A DNA stretch of 37,572 nucleotides from Escherichia phage SKA5. The notes beneath the pieces are model-generated. The model had not been told where the DNA came from, did not search any database, and was given only the letters and a program-made list of their open reading frames with translations. The position numbers and the translations under genes are program-made. Positions 16,831-25,170 of the stretch are shown here, one piece after another; the stretch's first letter is position 1; each line of letters opens with the position of its first letter. The stretch is taken from the sequence record OR670062.1. One strand, 5' to 3'.

Positions 16831-17250
16831 TTACTCATCATCAATAGATGATACGCAATATTTATTTTTAAATTTAAGGTTCTTTGGCGTAACTTCATCA
16901 GAGATATCAAAACCGTCCAGAATTCTATTGAATGTAGCTTCTGGCATATCATCATGAACAGAAATCTCACCCGATCGCTGCTTTCTAACCATGTTATCCA
17001 CTCGCCAAATTATAGCTTCAGCGTAAACAACATAACTTGGATGCTTGATAAAGCGATGATCACCAGAATTCAAGACGCAAGACGGATCGTGGGGGACACC
17101 ATCCTTGATACTAGAAATATTAACAACTAAAACACAATAACAATCGTTAACGGGGTAATAAACAGGATCATTACAAATCACATGAAGATGATTGCATGGC
17201 CCAGTTGGGGCAAGCACAGTTCCTTTCCTGTATGGCTGATAATCCGTCAT
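16831..17250 (-). CDS. hypothetical protein; candidate toxin/effector partner of the Panacea-domain protein
   Basis: 139 aa, Cys/His-containing, AT-rich codon usage. Its start overlaps the stop of the upstream Panacea-like gene (ATGA). No family recognised. Confidence 0.5.
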   Translation of the reverse strand: MTDYQPYRKGTVLAPTGPCNHLHVICNDPVYYPVNDCYCVLVVNISSIKDGVPHDPSCVLNSGDHRFIKHPSYVVYAEAIIWRVDNMVRKQRSGEISVHDDMPEATFNRILDGFDISDEVTPKNLKFKNKYCVSSIDDE

Positions 17251-17819
17251 GATAATTGCAAAGAAAATTCCTTAAGTTTCTGAGATTCTTCCATTTTGCC
17301 AATTATGCGATTAGCCTCATCCTCGCTTTTACCCTCACTGATCAGCATTTCTTTCAGGTCTATAGGCTTACGAGAATTGCCAGGATCGTGCCACTCTGGA
17401 CAAACGCTTTCTAAATGCGTCATATTTGCGAGATCAAATCGGTTCATATGCCCATACCGAGAATAGATTTCATCTAAAATCCGGATATCTGCACGACTCA
17501 ATTCATCAAAGACCTCGTCTGCATCCATTTCCCTCGGATCTGAACGCAACGATACATTATGCCCGTTCGTCTCTATCAAGTTGTACCAGTAGTCACCAAT
17601 GCCTTCAGCCTTACCGCGAATCAAGTTCAGCGTATTCGACATGACTGGTCCAAATTTCATAGAGTAAAGGCTATCTTCGCCGATCATCCTGCCATGCTTC
17701 AAAATCGACTGGCGGTTAGACAGATAGAGCAACTTCATCAATTTCAGATATGCCATGCGCCCACCTCGCTTAAGAAGTAGGTATGCAGCCATTTGAGCTA
17801 CTTTTTCTTCGCAAAACAT
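17247..17819 (-). CDS. Panacea (DUF4065, GepA/SocA-like) domain protein; candidate antitoxin
   Basis: 190 aa with motifs I associate with DUF4065 (AAYLL, KLMKLLYLSNRQS, FGPV, ILDEIYSRYG...LANMTHLESVCPEW). First gene of an AT-rich minus-strand unit. Confidence 0.6.
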   Translation of the reverse strand: MFCEEKVAQMAAYLLLKRGGRMAYLKLMKLLYLSNRQSILKHGRMIGEDSLYSMKFGPVMSNTLNLIRGKAEGIGDYWYNLIETNGHNVSLRSDPREMDADEVFDELSRADIRILDEIYSRYGHMNRFDLANMTHLESVCPEWHDPGNSRKPIDLKEMLISEGKSEDEANRIIGKMEESQKLKEFSLQLS

Positions 17820-18011
17820 ATAAGAAACCTCAAAGATAGTGAACTTTATAATTATTCTCGATACTTCATGGGTTGCTTCATCACCAACACGAGCTTCTTA
17901 TGGTGTGCCCACTTGGGCCTAAGCAACCAGTTACCTCGTTTGTCAAGTTTATAGCTGGCTTTAACCATGGTCAATTGAAGTGATGAGCAAATGATGCTTT
18001 CTAAGAATAAC

Positions 18012-18246
18012 AGGTTCCCAATAGGATCCCACAAAGTGTATAACTAGTTGTTTTTCAAAAACGGTACATCCTATCGAGCATAGGAGCAATGCTAAACCGA
18101 GAATTCCAGTAAACACCAGTTTTTTCAGGCATCACGCTGGTTTGATTAATTTTTTGTGTTTCATGATTATCGTGCATTTTTGAACATTTCAGGCTATTTT
18201 TCTCGCATTAGGTTCCCGCACAGGTTCCCACGTTTTATGGGAACCC
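18012..18246. repeat. clustered (A/G)GGTTCCC(A/G) repeats; candidate integrase arm-type sites / attP region
   Basis: Copies at 18012-18020, 18023-18031 (one mismatch), 18210-18218 and 18222-18230, with an inverted copy at 18238-18246, in the AT-rich non-coding stretch just upstream of the integrase gene. Confidence 0.35.
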
Positions 18247-18265
18247 GAAATAACGAGGTCGTGTA

Positions 18266-19363
18266 ATGGCGTACTATAACATAGAGAAACGACTAAAATC
18301 CGATGGCACACCACGCTATCGCTGTAATGTGATTATCAAAGAAAAAGGTGTTATCACTTACAGGGAAAGCAAAACATTCCCTAAACATGCTCATGCCAAA
18401 ACATGGGGCACACAGAAAGTGATGGAATTAGATCTATATGGCATTCCATCATCAAATGCAGTTGACGGACTTACAGTCCGTGACTTACTACACAAATATT
18501 TAAATGACCCAAATGCCGGAGGTAAAGCAGGCCGTACTAAAAGATATGTGCTGGAACTGCTTATGGATAGTGACATCTCCGCGATCAAACTATCTGAACT
18601 GACAGAAAATGACGTAATTGAACATTGCAGGCTAAGAAACAACGCTGGCGCAGGTCCAGCAACAGTCAGCCACGATGTTAGTTATCTTGGCAGTGTTCTG
18701 GATGCGGCCAAACCTGTATACGGAATTAATTACACATCAAACCCGGCGAAAAGTGCTCGTCCATATCTACTTAAACTTGGTTTGATTGGTAAATCAAACC
18801 GTCGTAATCGTAGACCAGCATCTGATGAACTGGACATGCTCATTGAAGGCCTTCAACAACGATCTACTCATAAATGCTCAAAAATTCCGTTCGTTGATAT
18901 CCTCAAATTTTCTGTGTGGTCCTGTATGCGAATCGGAGAAGTATGCCGGTTACGATGGGAAGATCTCGACCAGGAACAAAAATCTATACTCGTAAGAGAC
19001 AGGAAAGATCCACGCAAAAAGGAAGGCAACCACATGAAAGTAGCCTTGCTTGGGGAAGCCTGGGATATCGTCCAACGACAGCCCAAAAAATCGGAATTCA
19101 TTTTTCCATATAACAGCACTTCTATTACTGCGGGATTTCAGAGGGTAAGAAGCAAATTAGGTATTAAGGATCTGCGATACCATGATTTGCGTAGAGAAGG
19201 GGCAAGTCGCTTATTTGAGGCTGGTTTTAGTATTGAGGAAGTAGCCCAGGTTACAGGGCATCGTTCATTAAACGTGCTATGGCAGGTATATACCGAACTG
19301 TATCCGAAATCTTTACATAATCGTTTTGAAGAGCTCCAAAGGAGCAGAAATAAGACCCCTTGA
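18266..19363 (+). CDS. tyrosine-type site-specific integrase
   Basis: 365 aa with C-terminal catalytic-domain motifs (HDLRREGASRLF, GHRSLNVLWQVY). Confidence 0.9.
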   Translation: MAYYNIEKRLKSDGTPRYRCNVIIKEKGVITYRESKTFPKHAHAKTWGTQKVMELDLYGIPSSNAVDGLTVRDLLHKYLNDPNAGGKAGRTKRYVLELLMDSDISAIKLSELTENDVIEHCRLRNNAGAGPATVSHDVSYLGSVLDAAKPVYGINYTSNPAKSARPYLLKLGLIGKSNRRNRRPASDELDMLIEGLQQRSTHKCSKIPFVDILKFSVWSCMRIGEVCRLRWEDLDQEQKSILVRDRKDPRKKEGNHMKVALLGEAWDIVQRQPKKSEFIFPYNSTSITAGFQRVRSKLGIKDLRYHDLRREGASRLFEAGFSIEEVAQVTGHRSLNVLWQVYTELYPKSLHNRFEELQRSRNKTP

Positions 19364-19409
19364 CACTGTTTATCCATACAGTTAAAAATAATACTGTATA
19401 CAAACACAG
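19360..19409 (+). promoter_or_regulatory. SOS-regulated promoter region with two LexA boxes
   Basis: TTGACA at 19360-19365, then two CTGT-N8-ACAG boxes (CTGTTTATCCATACAG at 19366-19381; CTGTATACAAACACAG at 19394-19409), directly upstream of the dinI-like ATG. Confidence 0.6.
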
Positions 19410-19424
19410 TATAGAGGGACTTTT

Positions 19425-19673
19425 ATGCGTATTGAAATCTGCATAGCCAAAGAAAAAATGACTAAAATGCCAACCGGTGCTGTGGATGCGTTAAAGGAAG
19501 AATTAACCCGACGCATCAGTAAACGTTATGACGATGTAGAGGTGATCGTAAAAGCCACCAGCAACGATGGCCTTTCTGTTACACGCACCGCAGATAAGGA
19601 TTCTGCAAAAACTTTTGTTCAGGAGACTCTGAAAGATACCTGGGAATCTGCTGACGAGTGGTTTGTTCACTAA
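19425..19673 (+). CDS. DinI-family protein (SOS-inducible RecA modulator homolog)
   Basis: 82 aa; [10 protein letters not shown]-terminus and [16 protein letters not shown]-terminus closely resemble DinI. Confidence 0.85.
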   Translation: MRIEICIAKEKMTKMPTGAVDALKEELTRRISKRYDDVEVIVKATSNDGLSVTRTADKDSAKTFVQETLKDTWESADEWFVH

Positions 19674-19816
19674 TTAACACGTAAAATCGGTAACGGCTGG
19701 AAATCATTCAATAATCGCACTATCGAAAGTTCGCCAGCCAGCCGCAGCACGTTCTTGCATACGACGTGGCTGCGGCTTCCAACATTAGACAAATAACTCT
19801 TTAAATTGCTTTTAAA

Positions 19817-20380
19817 TTATTTCGTTTGAATGCCAGTAACAGGAAATCGTTTATATAGGGTTGATAGCCCAACGTTATAGATACGTGCAACATAACGCCG
19901 TGATTTCCCTGCCGCTATGAGCGCTCCCATCTGTTGCCACTGCTCGTCGCTAAACTTCGGTCTACGCCCACCAATCCGGCCTTTGGATCTGGCAATAGCC
20001 AAACCAGCTAAAGTTCGCTCGCTATTCAAATCAGATTCATACTGCGCAGCAGAAAGAATATTACGGAAATTATAGCGACCACTTGCTGTTTTCAGGTCTA
20101 CGCCATCTGTAATACTCCGAAAATTAACACCTTTTTCGTGCAGATTTTGAAACATCAATAGCGCATGCAGCACATTTCTCCCTATCCGATCTAACTTCCA
20201 GACAATCAACTCATCTCCACTTTTCATCACCGTAATTAATTCCTTTAACACAGGGCGATTAGCTGTTCTGCCACTGGCATATTCTTCATAAATTCGCTCA
20301 CAGCCAGCTGACTCAAGTGCAAGACGTTGCAACTCTGTATCCTGATGATTTGTTGATACACGAACATACCCGTAAATCAT
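19817..20380 (-). CDS. serine DNA invertase (Pin/Gin/Hin family)
   Basis: 187 aa; N-terminal resolvase catalytic domain (GYVRVSTNHQ with the Ser nucleophile) and a C-terminal HTH. Adjacent to the invertible tail-fibre segment. Confidence 0.9.
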   Translation of the reverse strand: MIYGYVRVSTNHQDTELQRLALESAGCERIYEEYASGRTANRPVLKELITVMKSGDELIVWKLDRIGRNVLHALLMFQNLHEKGVNFRSITDGVDLKTASGRYNFRNILSAAQYESDLNSERTLAGLAIARSKGRIGGRRPKFSDEQWQQMGALIAAGKSRRYVARIYNVGLSTLYKRFPVTGIQTK

Positions 20381-20439
20381 GAGTACTTCTCCTGTTGTAA
20401 AAACAGGAGAAGAGGCGAAATATCACCTGATTCAGAAAA

Positions 20440-20465
20440 ATATTTGAAAGGTTGGTTTGGGAGAA
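20440..20465. repeat. inversion crossover site (left), hix/gix-like
   Basis: ATATTTGAAAGGTTGGTTTGGGAGAA; inverted copy of the core TTCTCCCAAACCAA found at 22271-22296. Confidence 0.6.
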
Positions 20466-20918
20466 GGTTCGGCATTACCCGTTGGTGTGCCTGTCCCGTG
20501 GCCTTCCGCCACTCCGCCAACAGGCTGGCTAAAATGCAATGGTGCGGCTTTTTCTGCTGAAGAATACCCGGAACTGGCAAAGGTTTATCCGACAAATAAA
20601 TTGCCTGATTTACGCGGTGAATTTATTCGTGGCTGGGATGACGGACGTGGAGTGGATGCCGGGCGACAATTATTATCTTCACAGGGGGATGCAATAAGAA
20701 ATATTGAGGGATTCGCAGATGGCGGGATCGGTATGTCTTTTGATGCAATCAGAGGGGCTTTTTACGATGCAGGAACACGATCAGCGAGAATGCCGAATAA
20801 CACAACTACTATAGACAAAACCGATGACCTTGGATTCGACGCCTCTCGTGTCGTGCCAACAGCTAATGAAAACCGTCCACGTAACATCGCCTTTAATTAT
20901 ATTGTGAGGGCTGCATAA
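20457..20918 (+). CDS. alternative tail-fibre C-terminal segment (silent orientation)
   Basis: Open frame starts exactly at the crossover site (LGEGSALPVG) with a stop codon just upstream. It would fuse to the constant fibre N-terminus after inversion. Confidence 0.6.
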   Translation: MGEGSALPVGVPVPWPSATPPTGWLKCNGAAFSAEEYPELAKVYPTNKLPDLRGEFIRGWDDGRGVDAGRQLLSSQGDAIRNIEGFADGGIGMSFDAIRGAFYDAGTRSARMPNNTTTIDKTDDLGFDASRVVPTANENRPRNIAFNYIVRAA

Positions 20919-21511
20919 TGAAACCTGTTTTTGATGAAAATGGGCTGGCTACAGTGCCGGGTGATATGCGTTGTTTTTATTATGATGCAGTAACGTCTGA
21001 ATATACGGGCTGGTCTGATGAATATATTAATACTGGCGTAAGTATGCCCGCCTGTTCCACTGGTATTGACCCGGGCGAATACATTCCGGGGAAAGTGGCA
21101 GTATTTACGGGTAAGGGATGGAGCCATGAAGAAGACCACCGCAATGAGACTGTTTACTCAATCGAAAATGGCGCAGCTGTTACAGTGGATTATATCGGTG
21201 CCATCAAAGACGGTTATGTCACGCTTTCACCGTTAACGCCATACGATAAATGGGATGGTGAGAAATGGGTGACAGATACTGAGGCACAGCATAGTGCCGC
21301 ACTAGACGCGGCAGAAGCACAGCGCCAGTCGCTGATTGATGCTGCAATGGCTTCCATCAGTCTGATTCAACTGAAATTACAGGCCGGGCGGAAGCTGACG
21401 CAGGCAGAAACAACCCGACTTAACGCCGTGCTGGATTATATTGACGCGGTGACGGTAACAGATACCAGCACTGCGCCGGATGTCATCTGGCCTGAACTGC
21501 CGGAGGCGTAG
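20918..21511 (+). CDS. tail fibre assembly protein (partner of the alternative fibre)
   Basis: 197 aa; conserved Tfa C-terminus (LDYIDAVTVTDTSTAPDVIWPELP). Confidence 0.75.
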   Translation: MKPVFDENGLATVPGDMRCFYYDAVTSEYTGWSDEYINTGVSMPACSTGIDPGEYIPGKVAVFTGKGWSHEEDHRNETVYSIENGAAVTVDYIGAIKDGYVTLSPLTPYDKWDGEKWVTDTEAQHSAALDAAEAQRQSLIDAAMASISLIQLKLQAGRKLTQAETTRLNAVLDYIDAVTVTDTSTAPDVIWPELPEA

Positions 21512-21923
21512 GCCATTCAATATCTGGCGCACCGGAAGTATCGACCAGTTCCAGTGTGTCCAGATAATCCAGCCACAAATTATATTGCGCCAGTTCCTCA
21601 CCTTTCAGGCGACCAATCGCCGCTTTACCAGGCCATTGCTTACTGTTTATGTATTCGTTGACCTGATTAATCAATTGCTGCTTTTCCAGTTCGGCTGCGG
21701 CAATTTGTTCCTCATGAGTTGGCGGTGGAATATCAATCCATGCAGGCATTCCGTCGATGACACCTCTGTATTTTCCTTCTGGTGCTTCCTTCATAAATTC
21801 GGCGGCAACAGTGTCGTCAATTTCGATTCCATCATCGGGCCATTCGCCGGATTCCTGATAAGCGATTTTAAGCTCCACAGGGAAAAACGCATTTTTATCG
21901 GCACTGAAAATATATTTCTGCAT
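21483..21923 (-). CDS. tail fibre assembly protein
   Basis: 146 aa with the same Tfa C-terminal motif (LDYLDTLELVDTSGAPDIEWPTPP). Convergent with the other Tfa gene and overlapping it by 29 nt. Confidence 0.75.
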   Translation of the reverse strand: MQKYIFSADKNAFFPVELKIAYQESGEWPDDGIEIDDTVAAEFMKEAPEGKYRGVIDGMPAWIDIPPPTHEEQIAAAELEKQQLINQVNEYINSKQWPGKAAIGRLKGEELAQYNLWLDYLDTLELVDTSGAPDIEWPTPPAVQAR

Positions 21924-21925
21924 TT

Positions 21926-22573
21926 CTACCGTCCTATCGAAATATAACTGAATCTGTATTGCTGTGAGATATCACTGGTTGCCACACGCCACGCTGAATT
22001 ACTGATATGTTCAAAATTTACAGACAAAACCTGCGGGGCAGGATGCGACGGATCTGACTGAACGGCATCAGACATAACACTGACTGAAACCATCGGCTGA
22101 TTAGGGAATGGTATAGGGAAGTGTCCACTGATAAAGCGGGTCGTGTTTCCTGAAAAAGTGCCAAACTGAACAATATATCCACCTGGTAGCCTGAACCATC
22201 CCGAACCAGAAGCGAATGCTCCCATATCCGGTATCTGATTATCTCCTGTGCCCACATCCCTTTTCGCCGCTTCTCCCAAACCAAGGTTTTCGAGAGCCGT
22301 TTGCACAGTGCCATCCGATTTGATATCGCCAAACGGATTCTTGCGGCTTAACAGCAGCGCACGAAGTGCGGTAAGCAGCTGGTCGTGCCGCGCCTTCTCG
22401 AGACTGGCACCGGATGCCTCTACAACGCTGCAAAGCTCCTCCTGCAACATGTCAAAGTAGTCATCATCCAGATCGGTGGCAGGCGTGCCAGTCTGGGGGT
22501 TACCACGGGTAAAACCGTTCTTACCCGCGCCGAACTTATCCTTCTGCGCGGTTTTCGTGTCTATACGATGCAT
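21926..22573 (-). CDS. tail fibre protein (constant N-terminus plus currently expressed variable C-terminus)
   Basis: 215 aa, last gene of the tail operon. The inversion crossover site lies inside the gene at 22271-22296. Confidence 0.7.
   Translation of the reverse strand: MHRIDTKTAQKDKFGAGKNGFTRGNPQTGTPATDLDDDYFDMLQEELCSVVEASGASLEKARHDQLLTALRALLLSRKNPFGDIKSDGTVQTALENLGLGEAAKRDVGTGDNQIPDMGAFASGSGWFRLPGGYIVQFGTFSGNTTRFISGHFPIPFPNQPMVSVSVMSDAVQSDPSHPAPQVLSVNFEHISNSAWRVATSDISQQYRFSYISIGR
22271..22296. repeat. inversion crossover site (right), hix/gix-like
   Basis: TTCTCCCAAACCAAGGTTTTCGAGAG inside the tail-fibre gene; resembles the hixL pattern. Confidence 0.6.
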
Positions 22574-22576
22574 GGA

Positions 22577-23161
22577 TTACTCCGGATATTTAAAAATTAC
22601 GTAGGTATGCGACGGGCAGAGTTTGTTAAGCACACATTCGACGACGGTGTCACCCCAGATACGCAGTGCGGAATCACAGGGATCGCCACATGTCATCCAG
22701 GTGGAGTTGGTGGTGGCTGGCATGTTGACCTGCCAGTAATACCGCCATTCCGGCGCATTCACCGCGTCAGTACAGGCCGATGAGCAGGTGAAAGTGCTTT
22801 TGTCGTATCGCGTGATGGTGGCATCTGGTCTGCCCAGGGCAGCAAGCTGTGCAAGGTAAAAATCCTCATTGATGCCGCCCGCCAGATTAACCTTCGCATC
22901 CAGCCGTTGCTGACGCTGGCGAAGGGTCTGTGTCCCTGCGGGAATACATTCATCCGGCAGACCGCACAGACGCTCCCAGCGGTTTATCAGTTCAGTGGTG
23001 GTGCGCGGATCCAGCTCCCGCATCAGGGCATCCGCACGCTGATGAACGCGGGTTAATGACGGTGCAGCACCGGCAATCGCCGGATCGCTGGCTGACCACG
23101 CCGGACCGGGCGGCAGCAGTGCCGACAACAGACGGATGTAATCATCGTTTGTCACGTCCAT
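22577..23161 (-). CDS. baseplate wedge/tail protein (Mu gp48 / e14 YmfQ-like)
   Basis: 194 aa; position and sequence type consistent with Mu-like baseplate protein gp48. Confidence 0.65.
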   Translation of the reverse strand: MDVTNDDYIRLLSALLPPGPAWSASDPAIAGAAPSLTRVHQRADALMRELDPRTTTELINRWERLCGLPDECIPAGTQTLRQRQQRLDAKVNLAGGINEDFYLAQLAALGRPDATITRYDKSTFTCSSACTDAVNAPEWRYYWQVNMPATTNSTWMTCGDPCDSALRIWGDTVVECVLNKLCPSHTYVIFKYPE

Positions 23162-24210
23162 GAAATCGTCCCCAGAACCGCCAGTTCATTTTTTGCAATG
23201 GAGATATTGTCCGCCGGTGCAAGCAACTGATGGCTGTATTCCCCGTTCGCACCGGAAATCGCTTCACTGATACGTGACACCTTCAGTTCTCCCTGCGGAT
23301 AACCATCACGCAGCAGGAACGAACGCAACTCGGCGGTGATGGCAGCCCGTATTTCCGGTGTGTCCGGCGTCACGCGGATATGAAAATCCACCGTATGTGC
23401 CACCGGCCTGAACACATACAAATCAGAGCCTGCCACCGGGGCCAGTGGCTCGATATGTTGTCTTGCCGCCGTTTCCGTTGATTCTTCCGGAATGGGATTA
23501 ATCAGGTCACTGCTGGCAATCATCACACCGACAGTTCCCGTTCCCATCCAGTGACGGTATGTCCATGCGCGGGTAATGCCGGGCACTTCTTTAGCCCAGA
23601 CGACATAGTCCCCGTCAGCCCCGCCCTGCGGCGTCCAGTAATACCGCTCAATGACGCGGGCGCGCCACGTTTCCAGATCTTCAGTATCGAATCCGCCAGT
23701 CAGGGTATCTGCAACACCGGAAGACGGCAGACCATTCACCGGCGTGACCAGGATTAATGCCGTACCGTCGTCAGCGTTACCGACCGCGCCTGCACTTGAG
23801 CAAGTGATCGGCACGCGCAGGACACCACCGGAGCTGGTTGCATCAGCAGTTGCCGTGTACTGAACCAGGTCATCGCGCTGAATCACGCTCCCGGCGGTCA
23901 CCTTCAGGCCATCGCTGACACCTTCCCAGCGCATATACCCGCTGGCAGCCGTGGCCCCCTTGCGCGGACACCGTTTCATCGCAGCATGTCGCGCCAGCCA
24001 GGACTCATCGCACAGGTCAGGCAGCATATTCATTGCCAGATAATCGATGTACCCGTAGACCGTATGCAGCGCCGCCGCATACACCTTTGCCCGCACGTCT
24101 TCATCCATGCGCCGGAGCGTGTTGCTGACGTCCAGCCTGGCGAATAAATCGTTACGGAGCATACTGATATTTTCTGCCAGCGTCGGGCGCTGAAATTCAC
24201 TGTCCGCCAT
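23152..24210 (-). CDS. baseplate J-like protein (Mu gp47-like)
   Basis: 352 aa; gene order and size match baseplate J. Confidence 0.75.
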   Translation of the reverse strand: MADSEFQRPTLAENISMLRNDLFARLDVSNTLRRMDEDVRAKVYAAALHTVYGYIDYLAMNMLPDLCDESWLARHAAMKRCPRKGATAASGYMRWEGVSDGLKVTAGSVIQRDDLVQYTATADATSSGGVLRVPITCSSAGAVGNADDGTALILVTPVNGLPSSGVADTLTGGFDTEDLETWRARVIERYYWTPQGGADGDYVVWAKEVPGITRAWTYRHWMGTGTVGVMIASSDLINPIPEESTETAARQHIEPLAPVAGSDLYVFRPVAHTVDFHIRVTPDTPEIRAAITAELRSFLLRDGYPQGELKVSRISEAISGANGEYSHQLLAPADNISIAKNELAVLGTISWT

Positions 24211-24625
24211 GCGTTATCGCACTCCACAGATCATCAAAAGAAATCATTACCGGTCCGTCACGACGCCAGAGAGTGATACTGTTACCCAGTTCATTAATCC
24301 CGGTACGGCGGATATCCAGATCAATACGGGACACCACGCCGTCATCAATCATCCATTGCAGGCATTCGCGGATATACCCCCTTACCGTCTGCACCAGCTG
24401 ATTGGTCAGTTTGCTGCGCTGAAGCAGCCACAGTCGGGAGCCGTAACGGTCATTCTGTACCGCAGGCCAGGTATCCCCCCACCATCCCATCGGGACGTCG
24501 GCGTTGTCATCAGGCTCCGCCCGCCGCCAGGTAAACAGGGAAATCACCACGGCGCGGGTCAGCGGATCCAGCGGTGCGCTGGCGCAGGTGCGTTTACCGT
24601 TCACCGTCAGCCACAGTTCCATCAT
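24197..24625 (-). CDS. baseplate protein (Mu gp46-like)
   Basis: 142 aa between the spike and baseplate J genes. Confidence 0.65.
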   Translation of the reverse strand: MMELWLTVNGKRTCASAPLDPLTRAVVISLFTWRRAEPDDNADVPMGWWGDTWPAVQNDRYGSRLWLLQRSKLTNQLVQTVRGYIRECLQWMIDDGVVSRIDLDIRRTGINELGNSITLWRRDGPVMISFDDLWSAITHGGQ

Positions 24626-25170
24626 GCCTCCATCGCTTTATCAGGTTTGTCGGTGTTACTGCCCTGACCGTTCTCTCTGTGACGATGCCCGTTATAGGCA
24701 AGCCGCATCGCTGACATGGTGGTGCCGCTGGAGTCGCACAGGTCTTTCACCTGTCCTGTCACTTCCAGGTCCATTTCAAAACGTGCCTTAGGCGCATTGC
24801 GAAACGTGATCGTTTTACCTGCACCGTCCACCACGATCCCCTCCCGGGTCAGCGTCACGGACTGCCCCTGATCGTCATAGACAGCCACCTCACCCGTCTG
24901 CAGCCCTTTCAGGCGGTAGCGCCGGTCCGACACCGTAACAACCACCGCATGAGAACGGTCGCCATCCGGAAACAACACCACCGCTTCCGCACCGCTGTTT
25001 GCCCTTGCGGTAAAACCGTAGGGTTCAAGATGTTCAATCCCGGCTTTGGGTTCACCGGCAATCAGGGACACATCCACGGTCTGACATTTCGTGGCGGCAC
25101 TGATGCTTTTCACCACGGCCCGCCCAATCAGGCCGAGGAGTTGTCGCTGCATGGCTTCAATCGTCCTCAT
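24622..25170 (-). CDS. baseplate spike/assembly protein V-like (Mu gp45-like)
   Basis: 182 aa; position in the operon is the main evidence. Confidence 0.65.
   Translation of the reverse strand: MRTIEAMQRQLLGLIGRAVVKSISAATKCQTVDVSLIAGEPKAGIEHLEPYGFTARANSGAEAVVLFPDGDRSHAVVVTVSDRRYRLKGLQTGEVAVYDDQGQSVTLTREGIVVDGAGKTITFRNAPKARFEMDLEVTGQVKDLCDSSGTTMSAMRLAYNGHRHRENGQGSNTDKPDKAMEA

Larger units (their letters stand above)
20440..22296. mobile_element. invertible tail-fibre segment (Pin-type, as in e14 P, Mu G and P1 C regions)
   Basis: About 1.86 kb bounded by inverted 26-bp crossover sites. Contains convergent tail-fibre assembly genes and a promoterless alternative fibre C-terminal ORF in frame with the crossover site (GLGE junction). 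Confidence 0.7.

Noticed and set aside
16743-16970. 75-aa minus-strand ORF spanning the gap between the 57-aa gene and the 139-aa gene.
   Set aside because: Overlaps both neighbouring genes out of frame and has a hydrophobic, low-complexity translation; likely non-coding.
20381-20412. Possible LexA box (CTGT...ACAG) upstream of the invertase gene.
   Set aside because: Spacing is N7, not N8, and the sequence is a perfect 10-bp stem; interpreted as an RNA hairpin or other palindrome, not an SOS box.
22018-22460. ORFs 22018..22332, 22239..22433 (-) and 22248..22460 (+) inside the tail-fibre gene.
   Set aside because: Embedded in or antisense to the tail-fibre coding frame and lacking start signals; the fibre frame is supported by continuity through the inversion crossover site.
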